64,000 nucleotides of DNA from Octopus sinensis. Lineage: Eukaryota. Positions 27,187-40,087 of the stretch are shown here, one piece after another. Position numbers and translations under genes: made by a program. Every line of letters begins with the position of its first letter. Within the stretch, counting starts at the first letter, position 1. The notes under the pieces are model-generated. The model had not been told where the DNA came from, did not search any database, and was given only the letters and a program-made list of their open reading frames with translations. The DNA is taken from NCBI RefSeq assembly GCF_006345805.1, contig NC_043007.1, positions 27,590,001-27,654,000 on the forward strand. Reading direction: 5' to 3'.

Positions 27187-28429
27187 TAGTCTTGCCTGAT
27201 CACAGGTGGCCTCAATTTCCAAAGCCTCTCCAAAACTGCTGACCAAGTTGTAGAGTTCTAATAATATTTACACGCACAAATAAAATAAATAAATAAATCT
27301 AAATAGATAGACGAAGTCCGTAGCTGAGATGCACATTTGAAATTGCAAAAATTGATATAAAAGTAATTCAATTTGAGGCCTCCTTTTTTTTGTACTTTGG
27401 AATAAAGATTGTTTGCCAGTGTAACATGGCAGTCCTGGTTTATGACGAATGTTGCTGTAATTTAGCCCTGGAAATCGCAATACACAGATATTGTTTTGAG
27501 CTGAGTGGGGGTGCTATATTCTCTTGTTCGAAAATATAAGGACACAGATCGTGTCGTATAGCCAGCTGGAGCCGATGTCCCCTGGGGCTAAATTACAGCA
27601 AACAATTGGCAAACATTCTTTGCTCGATTAATTGTAACATACTATATGTTCCATATTGTTATGCACTATTATAGCTTTAAATCAGATGATATTCTATTAT
27701 AGATTTACAATATTAATTTAATATAAAGGCAATAGATTGTTTTAATGTCGTATATGTGGCATCAAAATGTTCTAACTGGGAGCAACTTGCATTAAAAAAG
27801 ATAACGTGTGACTAGGTTATCTAATTTCATTTTCGTTATGTACAATGTAAGCTTTGCATTTGTCATATAAACAATTAAAAATACTTGGAAGATTTAAAAG
27901 CGTAGATGAACCAGAGTGGAAGAACACAGTGGAAATGTAGAGAGTGGTAAGATGACAGGGATACCGTTTCAGGCACAATGCACGGAAACCTGCCACATCG
28001 TGTTAATAACGAATTGTAAACGCAGTGCAAAGACAATATTTTCTTATGGAATGACTCACAATAATTGTTTGACCTCAATAATTCTTTGCTACATTAATTG
28101 ATTAAACTTCATTGTTAGATGAAAGACAAGGGCGACGAGGTGAGGAGGGGGGGGCGGAATCAAGAATCGTGAGTAAAATAATTTAATAGCGCAAACTGAC
28201 ATTCTATCAATTTTAGCAGCAATCGTCCTAATGTTATATTACTAATGATTTATGAATTAAGAATATATATTGAACGAACGATATGAATGTGTGTGTGTGT
28301 GTGAACGGGAGGGTGTGTATGTGTATCACAGCAACGTGGTCCAGGTTTCAGTCCCACCAAGTGGCACCACAGACCAGTGTCTTCTTCCATAGCCGCGGCC
28401 CAACCAATGTCATTTGAACGTGAAATGTT

Positions 28430-28550
28430 ATATAGGAGAAATATAATATATATTTATCATGCAATGTCATTTGTACAAGAATTCACTAGTCAAACTGAAT
28501 AAAACGATTGCTACTGGACTTGCAAAATATATTTGGACATTAAAAAATAT
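28430..28550 (+). mobile_element. Small Penelope-like endonuclease-region fragment
   Basis: ATGLAKYIWTLKN resembles the conserved T.LSKYIW.LK segment of Penelope-like endonucleases. Confidence 0.45.
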
Positions 28551-28554
28551 ATAT

Positions 28555-28813
28555 ATTCCAATACATGTGAATATTTAGGGCTAAAAACCACTATGTGCAT
28601 AGCCATATGCTAGAAGTAGATCACATACGATCAAACGATTAATTCTTGATTTTTATATAATTTTCATCTGTCTTGCCGGCCTATGTTCTGGTGTTCGTTG
28701 AATTTTCTCTGGAGAACATTTTTTCTTTGTAGTTTGATCATATGTGATCTACTTCTTGCATATGGCTGTCCACATAGTGGTTTTTGGCCCTAAATATACA
28801 CATGTATTGGAAT
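28555..28813. mobile_element. MITE/foldback with 82-bp inverted arms
   Basis: 28555-28636 versus the reverse complement of 28732-28813: 6 mismatches in 82 bp; 95-bp spacer. Confidence 0.88.
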
Positions 28814-30081
28814 TTTCTCTGATTTTTTCAGATTTTTATATGCTAGGCTACTGGTTTTAAATTGATATTAATTAAATTAATATTCAATTTATCTCCCTCA
28901 TTATTTAAATATATATATATATATATATATGCATGCATGTATGTATGTATGTATGTATGTATGTATATTTGGAGAATAAATTTCTGAAACATTGCTTTAG
29001 GCCTACAATACATATTTATAAAAAAAATCTGCTGAGTTGTAAGATTTGTATAACGAAAAATGCGTTCATATTGCAGAAATGCAAGAACTGTTTCATCTCA
29101 TCTAAGGACATCTTGACTACAAACTTTTGTAGATTCAAACATTTTGGTTATACAATTTTCAGAAAGCAAGAATTCCATGGTTATGTGCGGCGGAAGACGT
29201 TTATACTGTGTCCCATTTAATCGTTTTGTTCCCCGTTTAAACAACTCCATTTGTGCAAATTTTGAAAGCTATTTGATCAGCTTACGTTATTTTTGAATGA
29301 AAATCCAAATTTCGATCGCATTCTAGAATCAACTACGTATTGACATATTCTGTAATTTTTCTGAAGCATTAGTTCTTCTGTTTTCTTTCTTTTCTCTCTG
29401 ATTTTTTTTCTTTCAACCAGTTTCTCTTGCTTCTTTTCTCCCTTCCTTTTTGTAACATCACATAGAACAAGCGTGAATACCTTTCCATCAATGGCCCAAT
29501 ATGTTTTTCAATACAGAGGATTGAATTGAATTATGGCTGTATTTACTCCTCTATTTTTATACAAAATCAAATATTGCGTTTTTCCTTTATACACTAGCAA
29601 CATTTTTTTTCCAGCCTTTATTCAAAATAATCTTTACACGTGTAACAAATTATGCTCCCTTTATGAATGTCATTTTGCATTCTGAATATTCCTTTTAACG
29701 TTTAACACCATCATTGCTCAGGTTGGGTTGTCTTTGACAGTTTCGGGCAGGAAACTAAGATTAAAGCAAGCATTATTTTTTAAGGTAAATAAATGATTTT
29801 TGATACTCCAAAAACCATAACCAGTAATCGACTACTCAGTATTCCATTTGCCAGCGCTAAAACCTTTGGCATTGAAGTGCTCACACACAAACCACAAACG
29901 CATACACACGCACAGATACACACACTGAACATCTCACATGTATACATATATGCATAAGTGTATTAAGTATATGTATTTCAATAAAATGTGAAAATGAATA
30001 TGTACATATATAACCAGGTGGTGCTATTAAGTTAGACATGACCTGGGCCAATAATGGCCGAAACCTATCAAAGTATCAAAG

Positions 30082-30169
<88 letters not shown>

Positions 30170-30224
30170 TGTGTGTGTGTGTGTGAGGTATATTTGCCAT
30201 CTCAATATGGTTAACCACTAAGGG

Positions 30225-30335
30225 TGGGTGTTACTGTAGCTTGTAGCCCCAAGAGAACATCTCCTCCAGCTGGCTATAGGCACACTTTCTGTGCCCTTAT
30301 GGTATTTGCAAGGGGAGGTCATCCTTCCCTCGTTA
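30225..30335 (+). mobile_element. Dispersed repeat fragment, probably a LINE/SINE 3' tail
   Basis: gggtgggtgttactg..tagccccaagag..ccagctgg..gggaggtcatcc; inverted relatives at ~7200-7320, ~7560-7680 and ~27545-27600. Confidence 0.6.
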
Positions 30336-30679
30336 CGGACTGCACTTTCTAGGTATATATATATATACATACATACATACATACATAAAAGACGTTTGTA
30401 TTAACACATAACACAAACACGTACATGTGTGTGTGTGTGTGAATAGATACATATATGTGTGTGTGGGGTATGTGTGGGGTATGTGGAGCATGTATGTATA
30501 TATATATATATATATAATATATATATATACACAAACAGAGAGAGAGGGAGAGAGTGAGTGTGTAAATAAAGTTGTTACTGCCGGTCCATGTGGTTCTTGG
30601 TGGAGATGGATCTTAGTATTCAGTTGGTTTCAATTGCATATTCGCAATAATTTTGTTTTCTATTAAAAATATTGATGAT

Positions 30680-30990
30680 GAAAATGATGAAGACACAAGT
30701 ATAAGATTATTACTACTATTAAGGGTGACGTTATGTTTGTAATTTTGATGACGAAAGGGATAGCCAATGATGATGAGGATGATGGTTGCATGATGATGTT
30801 GTTATTGTGTTGCGGTTGATCATTGTATTAAAGGTGGGCGTAATGAAAAGCGCAATACTGATTACAACGCGAGGATTCTGTCGTCTCTGGAGATGGCAAC
30901 GACAGCGATAAAGATAATGATGACGAATGTTACAATCACGACGAAGAATATGGGCATGGTGATGATGATGATGATGATGATGATGACGAC

Positions 30991-31025
<35 letters not shown>

Positions 31026-31205
31026 CGATGATGATGATGATGATGATGATGATGACGACAATGGTTATGAAGATGATGAGAGTTGCAATGATGGCGGTGG
31101 AGATGCCGGTGATGGTGCTACTGGTGATGGGGGTGTTGGTGGTGTTGGTGGTTGTCGTCGTTGTCATCGTCGTCGTCGTAGTGATGACGGTGATAGTGAT
31201 AGTCT
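30680..31205. repeat. (GAT/GAC/GGT)n trinucleotide low-complexity tract
   Basis: Seen directly; source of the poly-M and poly-I ORF artefacts. Confidence 0.9.
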
Positions 31206-32344
31206 AGTGGATATGGGGATTACGACTACGAAGAGAACAAGGAAGATAACGGTTTGTTATCTTGGAACAGAATAAAGTAAAACGACAAAAAAAAATTAAC
31301 ATTATTCAAAAGAACGACAAAATCAGCCAACTCTAAAATCAATCATTCCTTCTTCTCAACCGATATTTCCTGGTCCTGGACTAACCCTCAACTGCCAATC
31401 TATCACCTTGTTTGTCTCAATTTTAAACCCTGACAAAAAGAAATATGACGTTCTTTGACAAAGTACCAAAGTTGAAGCGAAGAACTGGCAAAGAAGTGAA
31501 GAAAAACTCATGTGCAGCCATGCGAGAACAGATTGAAATAGAATAATTGTTTATTGGTTTTGTATTGTTCTACCATTTTTAATTTTTATTTAACTCAAAA
31601 CAAATACATCAACAATGTTAGCAAGAAAACACAACTGAAAAGTTCTTGCTGGTTGTAAGAATAATAAACTACAATGACGAGTCAAAAAACAGTAGTTTCT
31701 GTGGTCACATAACTAAAAATCGCAGCTAATTATCCCGCAAATCACTGTACAATCTTAAATAAAGTGCACAAATGCCAACCGGTGAATCAGACGTTATGTT
31801 TCAGATCGACTAATTACTTCCTAGCAAAACTCTCCTTCAGATTTCAGACTATCACGTCTACAAGGACATCTCACACCTCGTAACAGAGCCAAAGTGGGGA
31901 CATACATCATAATAAATAAAAAATGCTGTATTCTTAGGAAAATTGTCAATGATTGCGGCTGAAAAGATGTTGTTATATATCAGATCTAATTTGATATTAT
32001 GCCATTTAGCTGCGATGAATGCACTTCGACATTCATTGTTAGAGAGAAGATGATTCAATGTGACAAGGATATTTTCCCCAAAGTCATTAACCTCCTGAAC
32101 TAAATAGAATTACCTGAGTGAGCTAAATATTTACTTCCATAATATTGATACCTCTCAGTTATACAACATTCCTATTCGTATATTGTTTCATAATGTCAAA
32201 GCTCAGATATGATGTTTCTAAGTATTGAGTGAGATGAGTTGTGATTTATCTTTTCAGAATCTAAATCCAAACGTAATTAAAATAATAGAAATTAGTATTC
32301 AACGATCTGCAAAAACAACATATTATTTGATCTAATCGATGATA

Positions 32345-32545
32345 GATATCGATTTCAAATTTTGGTCAAAGGGCAGTAACTTCAGCAGGGCACGGACTGG
32401 TCAATTAGATTGACGCGCGTACACACTTGGTGCCAATTTTATCGACCCCGAATGTATGACCTCAGTGGAATTCGAACTCAGAACGTAAAGACGGACGAAG
32501 CAATCTGGCATTAAACATTTTACGTTGATTTGTAACGGTTTTGTC
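32345..32545 (-). mobile_element. SINE family B variant, decayed
   Basis: ttttatcgaccccgaa...gaattcgaactcagaacgtaaagacggacgaa. Confidence 0.7.
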
Positions 32546-32784
32546 AGCTCCCCAAATTTTATGTGCATAAATTTGGTATAGTGTTTTTTAAAAGTAACTT
32601 TATTTCTTCACGTTATCTGAACGTTAATCAACTATATTTTAATATATCTAGTATATTGTGTCATACCATAATTAATGCGCTCTTTTTAATTGGATGATCT
32701 AAAAGTCTGAAGGGGACAGGATAAACTATCTGCGTCCACTTGCTATAAACGCAGGCTAAAGAAAGCCTTCAGCCACGTAAGGAG

Positions 32785-33325
32785 TTGTTATCTTTTTGAT
32801 CGGATATGAAACTGTTAGTCCAGTTGTGAATTTTTAAACCCAAACCAAACGATAACAAGAGATCTACTGCGAGCAGCTTCAGTGGTTTAAGTCAGCCCTA
32901 GAAGAAGATGACCATCCTTGGTTTGAAGAGGAAAGGTGTTGTGCCATCAGGATAATGCTCAGCCACACACAGCAAGAATGACATTCCAAAGGCTGCAGCA
33001 GTTTAAATAGGAAACGATGCCCCACCCACTATATTCGCCAGATATTGTCCCATTTGATTATCATTTATTCTACAGTCTTCAAAATCATTTGGACGGAAAG
33101 AATATGAATTCTGTAGATGAGGTCTGAACAGGACTGTAGAATATTTTTCGTCACGGACAAGGGAATTTGGAAAGGGTAGCACTGAAAGTCTACCAGACAG
33201 ATGGAAGGGCATTGTAGAAAATGAAGGAGAGTATACTTTAGATTAAAAAAGAACTTTGTGAATCTAAATTTTGCCAAAAAAAAATGAAGTATAAAAGACC
33301 GCATTATTTATGGCACGACCCAATA
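32785..33325 (+). mobile_element. Mariner transposase pseudogene, C-terminal catalytic half with right TIR
   Basis: EFLNPNQTIT/YCEQL../VLCHQDNAQPHTARMT..PHPLYSPDIVPFDYHLFYSLQNHLDGK..LPDRWKGIVENEGEY, containing the second and third Asp of the D,D34D triad. Ends in ttatggcacgacccaaTA. Confidence 0.93.
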
Positions 33326-34081
33326 TGCTCAAACCTGGACACTGCCGCTTTGAAGTAAGAATCATTATACGACTTACATATGAAATGTAAGACATAGCAT
33401 TGTTTTTTTTTTATATGATGTTAATACTTCTAAACATACTGTGAAATGAAATGAAATTCCTTATAACAGAGTGTTAATTTGAATACGTGTAAAACTGTGT
33501 TGGAGATCTGTTTCCTTTCTCGCCTACTTAGTTTCGCTCAAGGGAAAGAATTTAATCTTCTAGCTAAGGCGAAATTTGAAAGTATTTCCATGCATAATTT
33601 ATATCAACTAAAAAAAATCCCCTCTAATGGGCCTCGTGGTTCACGAAATAGTGCAGGTAGTGAAACAGTTTCTAATAAATAATGCACTAACAATGTGGGT
33701 TTGATATAACAGGTCTCTTGTCATAAACATCGATTGGTCAAAAGAAAACAGGGTATTATCTCACCTTTTGCTAAAAGGTGATCATGATCCGAGAAAGGAT
33801 GCCCATCGAGTGTCGCTGGAGATTTTAATCGGTTGTAGATATTCTGTATTACTTCAAACAACAATATTTTGTGGCAGGACTTCCAACGTTGTTTAGTTCG
33901 ATGCTCTCGTCACATGTTTCAGTTTGATATCGCAGAAAAAACGCCCCTTGTTGGTCAATGGAAATATGGATGCTGAGAGACATTCTCTTTTACTTAAATG
34001 TATAATAATTTCCATGGACTTCCGGATTAATGAACTCTATTCTGTCACTGTTTGAATAATCTAAATTTCATTGACGATCAC

Positions 34082-34494
34082 GTTGCCAGTTTAGCCAATA
34101 AAACACACGCATTATATATTTTATGTTAATTTGCTTCAGCTCTATGTTACTTTTTACATTAATCGTATTTCGCCCAGAGATTTTTCGTTACACTTCCATG
34201 ACCTTATCAGTGGTCCTTTGCTTTCGTCCTTCTTATTTGTGTGTCTTTCCTTACTAACGATCAGCCATTTTCCATTTTGTATTCCTATTGTATACGTCTT
34301 TATTTATATTAAAACACATACAATAGGAATACAAAATACAAAATGGCTGAAAGAAGAAAGGAAAGGATGAGGTCACAAAAGTGTGACGAAAGAACTCTGT
34401 GTGAAATACGATTGATGTAAGAAAAGAAAATAAAGCTGAAGGAAATTAACACCAAATATATAGTGCGTGTGTTTTTATTGGCTAAACTGGCAAC
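34082..34494. mobile_element. Foldback element with imperfect arms and a 24-nt loop
   Basis: Termini gttgccagtttagccaataaaa / ttttattggctaaactggcaac. Arms pair along their length apart from a ~45-bp indel; loop at 34294-34317. Confidence 0.85.
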
Positions 34495-34516
34495 AAGACC
34501 ATCCCCAAATACAACA

Positions 34517-34563
<47 letters not shown>

Positions 34564-34570
34564 ATATATA

Positions 34571-34778
34571 GTTAATCCAAACAAGAAAACACAAAACAAA
34601 ACACAACAACGCGAGGACGTGGAACAAACATAGTATTATTGGACGCTCAGGAAAGAAGGGAAGAAGGAGGGTTTAACGTTTCGAGCGGAGCTCTTCGTCG
34701 GAAACATAGAAGGAAAGATCAAGAGAAGGGAAGACAGAGGAAAAAAAATCGCCAACGGTACACACGAGGTCACATTTT
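34571..34778 (-). mobile_element. Family P1 element (best-preserved copy)
   Basis: Inverted homolog of 383-588; adjacent to (TA)n. Confidence 0.7.
34671..34705 (-). ncRNA. Minimal type I hammerhead-like motif (P1)
   Basis: Minus strand: gttt-CCGACGA-A-gagc-tcc-gctc-GAAA-cgtt-aaac. Helix I 4 bp, helix II 4 bp, palindromic helix III, predicted cleavage after GUU. Confidence 0.5.
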
Positions 34779-34790
34779 GATATATATGTT

Positions 34791-34828
<38 letters not shown>

Positions 34829-35842
34829 GGCAGCCCCTCAAAATTAACGTTCCTTGTTTTTTACCCTTATTCTATACAATTATGTTTGCGAGGACAAGCA
34901 GACGGGAAACACTAATATCTTAATATGGGTTTATAAAATTTGCACCAAAATTTACCTCCGATCATACAAAATTCGTGTAAAGAAAGAAATGAAAAGACAA
35001 GTTTTGAGGTCCTTCATACCTTGAAATACTCGGATGGTCATAGAGATAACACCTTTGATCATAGTTCGTGAAGCTGACAAGATAGCGTGGGCTAAATATA
35101 ACAAAGAAACAAAAACTGCGCATTCTTCAATATTTCAGTATCATTTACAGAATAGGAAAATAAGATAATATGACTCACAAAAAGCAGAACTACAACGACA
35201 AAACTTAAGACACAGTAAACGATATACTCACATCACTTCCTCACGGACAACAACAAAAAATAAGCAAACGATAGAGTTTGTAAAGTTGATTTCATCTATC
35301 GAAGTATTTACGTCTTAGGGAATTTTAAAGAAACCGTATTTGATCTTAAATCTATAACAGTTCAAATGTCAGAAACATCACAAAATTTTTCGTGACTCTT
35401 CCTATATTTATATATTTATTCATTTACTTTATTTTTGCTATTACATCTTCCATTTTGTTTTATTCTCTGGGTCAGTCCTTCAAAACGAGAATATATTTTA
35501 AACACACAGCTATATTATACTAACGCATACACTCGGAAGGGAGCGTGCATAAGCGTATATACACATATATAGACGATTACACGCAGATGCATATAGTTTT
35601 CTTATCACTGGTTTAACAACAGATTTATTTTCAATATTTCGTTAGAATCATGTACAAACGAGTCTTCAACTATAAACACAATACACAAATAAAGACAATT
35701 ATACAGAAAACGGAATACTTAAAGTGGCACGGAATATTCATTCTACTTCACCGATTTCGCAAGATATTCCTGTTTGATAATGAGACTTTAAACTAAACAA
35801 TTCCATCGTGACGTATTTATAAAAGGACATTTAATGCAAATA

Positions 35843-36340
35843 AACTGTCGCCCTCAAAATTATTCATACGCCATTGTAACTAACATTCTTTTTTAGATTC
35901 TTCATTTGTAAAAGCTATTATGATGGTACTTCCTGTGTTTGCACAAATCAGCATACGAGTTGTCTAAACTTCATTTGCATAACAGTAGATATGGTCTAAA
36001 GTTCTTTGTCGCACATGCTCAGAATTATTCATACTCCTGTTTTCACTTCCTGTCAATATGCTAATCTTTGTCCTATATTTATTTCCAGAAGAGTATAAAT
36101 AGAGTATGAATGGAGTATAAATAAAGGAAAAGTGTTCCGGTTATTTTCAGTTTTTGAACGTCATAGTTATGAAGACGGAGCTCATTAAGGACCTACGACT
36201 ACGTCTTGTGCGTGCTCATAGTGAAATGAAGGGTTACATGACCATTTCAAAGCAGCATGATGTCTCTGTGGCAACCGCCAAGAGAATAATCAAAAAGATC
36301 AATACGTCGAACGGTGTTAAGAACCTCAGTGGGAATTTTA
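35843..36340 (+). mobile_element. Tc1-like (IR/DR-type) transposon left end with transposase N-terminus
   Basis: Direct repeats ctcaaaattattcatacgcc (35853-35872) and ctcagaattattcatactcc (36018-36037). ATG at 36169 gives MKTELIKDLRLRLVRAHSEMKGYMTISKQHDVSVATAKRIIKK, a paired-like HTH. Truncated at a SINE B. Confidence 0.85.
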
Positions 36341-36344
36341 ACTA

Positions 36345-36578
36345 AATACCTATTACTTTACTACCTACAAGGGGCTAAACACAGAGAGGAGAAACAAGGA
36401 CAGACAAAGGGATTAAATTGATTATAACGACCTCAGTGCGTAACTGGTACTTAATTTATCGGCCCCGAAATGATGAAAGGCAAAGTCAACCTCGGCGGAA
36501 TTTGAACTCAGAACGTAACGGCAGACGAAATACGGCTACGCATTTCGCCCGGCGTGCTAACGGTTCTGCCATCTCGCC
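36345..36578 (-). mobile_element. SINE family B
   Basis: Full head-core-tail match to 9175-9411 and 44718-44912. Confidence 0.9.
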
Positions 36579-36794
36579 ACTCTAAACGAAATACCGTCAA
36601 GCATTTTGCCCTGCATGCTAACGATTCCACATGGTAACCACCTTTATGTTCAGATGTAATAAAAAAAAACATGCTTATATTAATCTGATACGCTAGTCGA
36701 TACATTCGTAAAGTACAAATTTATTATTCTTCAACAAGAATGATGCTGACAGTGACTTCGAAGTTTAGGCCAGTTAAGCCACTATCATACTTAC

Positions 36795-36951
36795 CTGTGA
36801 CCATATTTTATGCAGCAGCGTATATGTCGATCAACATTGTACAATGCTTTACATTTCTTCCTCTTTAAAGATAGGTGTATACAGAGCCAATGAGATTTGT
36901 CTGCTGCATCAAGACGCTCACAATATGGAATCAAATATTCAACACAGTATT
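36795..36951 (-). CDS. Probable internal coding exon (157 nt, phase 1 to phase 2) of an unidentified gene
   Basis: Acceptor tttttcattattttAG and consensus donor CAG|GTAAGT. Single open frame YCVEYLIPYCERLDAADKSHWLCIHLSLKRKKCKALYNVDRHIRCCIKYGH; the other two frames stop immediately. Non-repetitive. Confidence 0.6.
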
Positions 36952-37344
36952 CTAAAATAATGAAAAACCTGATAGAGTTTATAAGCAATAAATTTATTTC
37001 AATTTCAATTATCTTCTTTTGTTAGTCTCCAGAATTTAGTTATTTATTTATTTTAGAGTGTAAATCGAGGACAATGGCACTGCAGTTTGCATGTGTCCTG
37101 TAAAAAAAGCTATCAACAATCGATAAGGACATGTTTCTATGAGAAATGCCTTTAACCATTGTTCACCGTATTAGAATCATTTCCTACTCACAGTCTCTCT
37201 ACGAGAAATTCTCATAACCATTGCTCATAAATATAGAGTGGAAGGATTACTATGAAAACCTACTCACGTTCACTTAAAACCGGTTTCTTCTCAATCTGTC
37301 TTTTAATTTCATCATGATTATTAAATTCCAGACCATTTACAATA

Positions 37345-37755
37345 CTCTTATTCTTTTACTCTTTTACTTGTTTCAGTCATTTGACTGCGGCCATGCTGGA
37401 GCACCGACTTTAGTCGAGCAAATCGACCCCGGGACTTATTCTTTGTAAGCCCAGTAGTTATTCTATCGGTCTCTTTTGCCGAACCGCTAAGTGACGGGGT
37501 CGTAAACACACCAGCATCGGTTGTCAAGCAATGCTAGGGGGACAAACACAGACACACAAACATACACACATATATATATATATACATATCTACGACAGGC
37601 TTCTTTCAGTTTCCGTCTACCAAATCCCCTCACAAGGCATTGGTCGGCCCGGGGCCATAGCAGAAGACACTTTCCCACGATTCCACACAGTGGGACTGAA
37701 CCCGGAACCATGTGGTTGGTTAGCAAGCTATTTACCACACAGCCACTCCTGCGCG
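37345..37755 (-). mobile_element. SINE family A, full length, young subfamily
   Basis: Complete head-core-linker-tail with a cttttact tail repeat. Confidence 0.93.
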
Positions 37756-38185
37756 TATTTCATATACATATAAAATACAATATTTCATATACATATAAAA
37801 AAAACCAGCAATCAACGATGGTTCAGGGCATTTCTCATAGAAATACTGTGGCTACGAAGTGGTTCTAACATGGTGAACTCTCTAAGAAGCAAGTGTTTCT
37901 TGTCGAAGTTGACATCCTTCTGATATTAACTGGAATTAATATGGCCTTAGACACATACGCATACTGATATATAAATATTGTCTATAAATTAATACATATA
38001 TGCATATGTGCACATATACATATATATATATATATATACATATGTGTGTGTGTGTGTGTATGTGTGCGTGTGTGTGCGTGCGTGTGTAAGTGTGTGTGTG
38101 TGTATATATATATATTCATGTGCATGTGTGTGCGTGTAGATAGAGAGGTAGGTATATAGATAGCTAGCTAGCAAGATAGATAAAC

Positions 38186-38246
<61 letters not shown>

Positions 38247-39619
38247 TGCACGTGTATAAAAATTTCCCGCGTTTTGAGCCCTTTCTTATTTTTGTTCAAT
38301 TTGAAAATTATGACATTTTACATATATCCTTGGTATCGCAATGAATTCCAACCATTCGGTAGCTTGTTTAAGATTTTAAAAAATTGATATATTTAAATTA
38401 TTTAATCAAATACATTATGGCTCATAAATATAGAATGAAATAATTACTCCGAAAGCCAACTCACGTTCACGTAAAACAGCTTTCTCTATTTTTTAACTTC
38501 ATTATGATAATAAAATTCGAGAACATTTTCAATAATTCATATACATATCAAAATAAAATTTATAATTATCTAATAAATTCTCTGTCCATCTATGTACACA
38601 ATTTTTTTACATACATAAATAATACATTTTATAAATCATACTCAATATTAAGAAATCATTAAAACGTAGCAATTATTTTCGGCAAGGCAGAATACATGTG
38701 CACTTTTCTCTTGCACATTAGCATAGATGCATTCTCTCTCTCTGTCTCTACTTCTGTTACTCTACCTCTCTACATCTATCTCTCTATTTCTCTCTCTCAC
38801 TCTCACTGTCTCTCTTTCTCATACATACACACACAATGTGTGATAGTTAAGATTTATTTAAAAAAATAAAGCAAACAAGTTCCGTTGCTTTTCGTTGATA
38901 TGCAATAAATCTAAGAAGGAAAAAGCTATGTAGTCACTGTTAAAAGTCAAACCAGGCGTATTTCTCCTGAAGAGAAAACTACAAATACTCATATTAGGAG
39001 TTGATTGCTATCAATCATAAGGCAATTTAGATCCAATATCGAATATTAAGCTTCTCTTCGTATCAGGTGATTCGAAAATATATTCATAATGCACATAAAA
39101 CAGTCAGAAATGTTAAGCACATATTCTCCTTGCACAAGTACAACATATAGGTATGTATAAGAAATATTGATAAACGGTTCGGCAGATGGGGGTTAAATAT
39201 CTACGGATACGACTGCATTGGGAAGAAACGGAAAATGTACAGATGACCAGGTTTTGCTAATGTATTAGGGCATGCTGCATGTCTATACACACAAGCACTT
39301 CCACCTGCACAAACGTATTTATCATAATATCTTTACATGAAATCAATAGTAGTCTTAATAGACAAATAAGAAAAATAGGTATATATATATATATATGTTC
39401 ATATATATGATCGGTCAGATGTTCATACATCCGAAAAAAAGCAGTCTACAATATTTTGAGCAGTAATAATTAATGATAGAATTGTTGGTTATGGCTCACC
39501 AGAGCTTTATATGTGTGCGAAAACCGATAGTAACTCTCTGACCGGCCACACTCAACCACTATATTAATAGTGTGGATATATATATGTATATGCATGTATG
39601 TATGCATGCATCGTCTGTC

Positions 39620-39739
39620 TTTTGAGGTCGGCTTTGCCTTTCATCATTTCGTGGTCGATAAATTAAGTACCACTTTTCACTGGGTTCGATGTGATCGTCT
39701 GATCTCCCCTAAAATTGTGCCTATAGTCGAAAGGATTAC

Positions 39740-39787
<48 letters not shown>

Positions 39788-39810
39788 CATCATCATCATC
39801 ATCGTTATTA

Positions 39811-39841
<31 letters not shown>

Positions 39842-39916
39842 TAATATTATTATTATTATTATTATTATATTATTATTATTATTATTATTTTATCATCATC
39901 ATCATCATCGTTATTA

Positions 39917-39947
<31 letters not shown>

Positions 39948-40087
39948 TATTATTATTTATTATTATTATTATTATTATCATTCTTATTATTATTATCATT
40001 ATTATATAAAGGCGCAGGCGTGGCTGTGTGGTAAGCAGATTGATTCCCAACAACATGGTACTATGATCAGTCCCACCGCATGGCACT
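39620..40087 (+). mobile_element. SINE B 3' part with a long (ATT/ATC)n tail, followed by a SINE A head
   Basis: gaggtcggctttgcctttcatc..gtcgaaaggattact, then (ATT)n at ~39740-40005, then ggcgcaggcgtggctgtgtggtaag at 40011. Confidence 0.8.

Noticed and set aside
30862-31207. Poly-Met and poly-Ile ORFs (also 45911-46391 and 39570-40086)
   Set aside because: Artefacts of (GAT)n and (ATT)n repeats.
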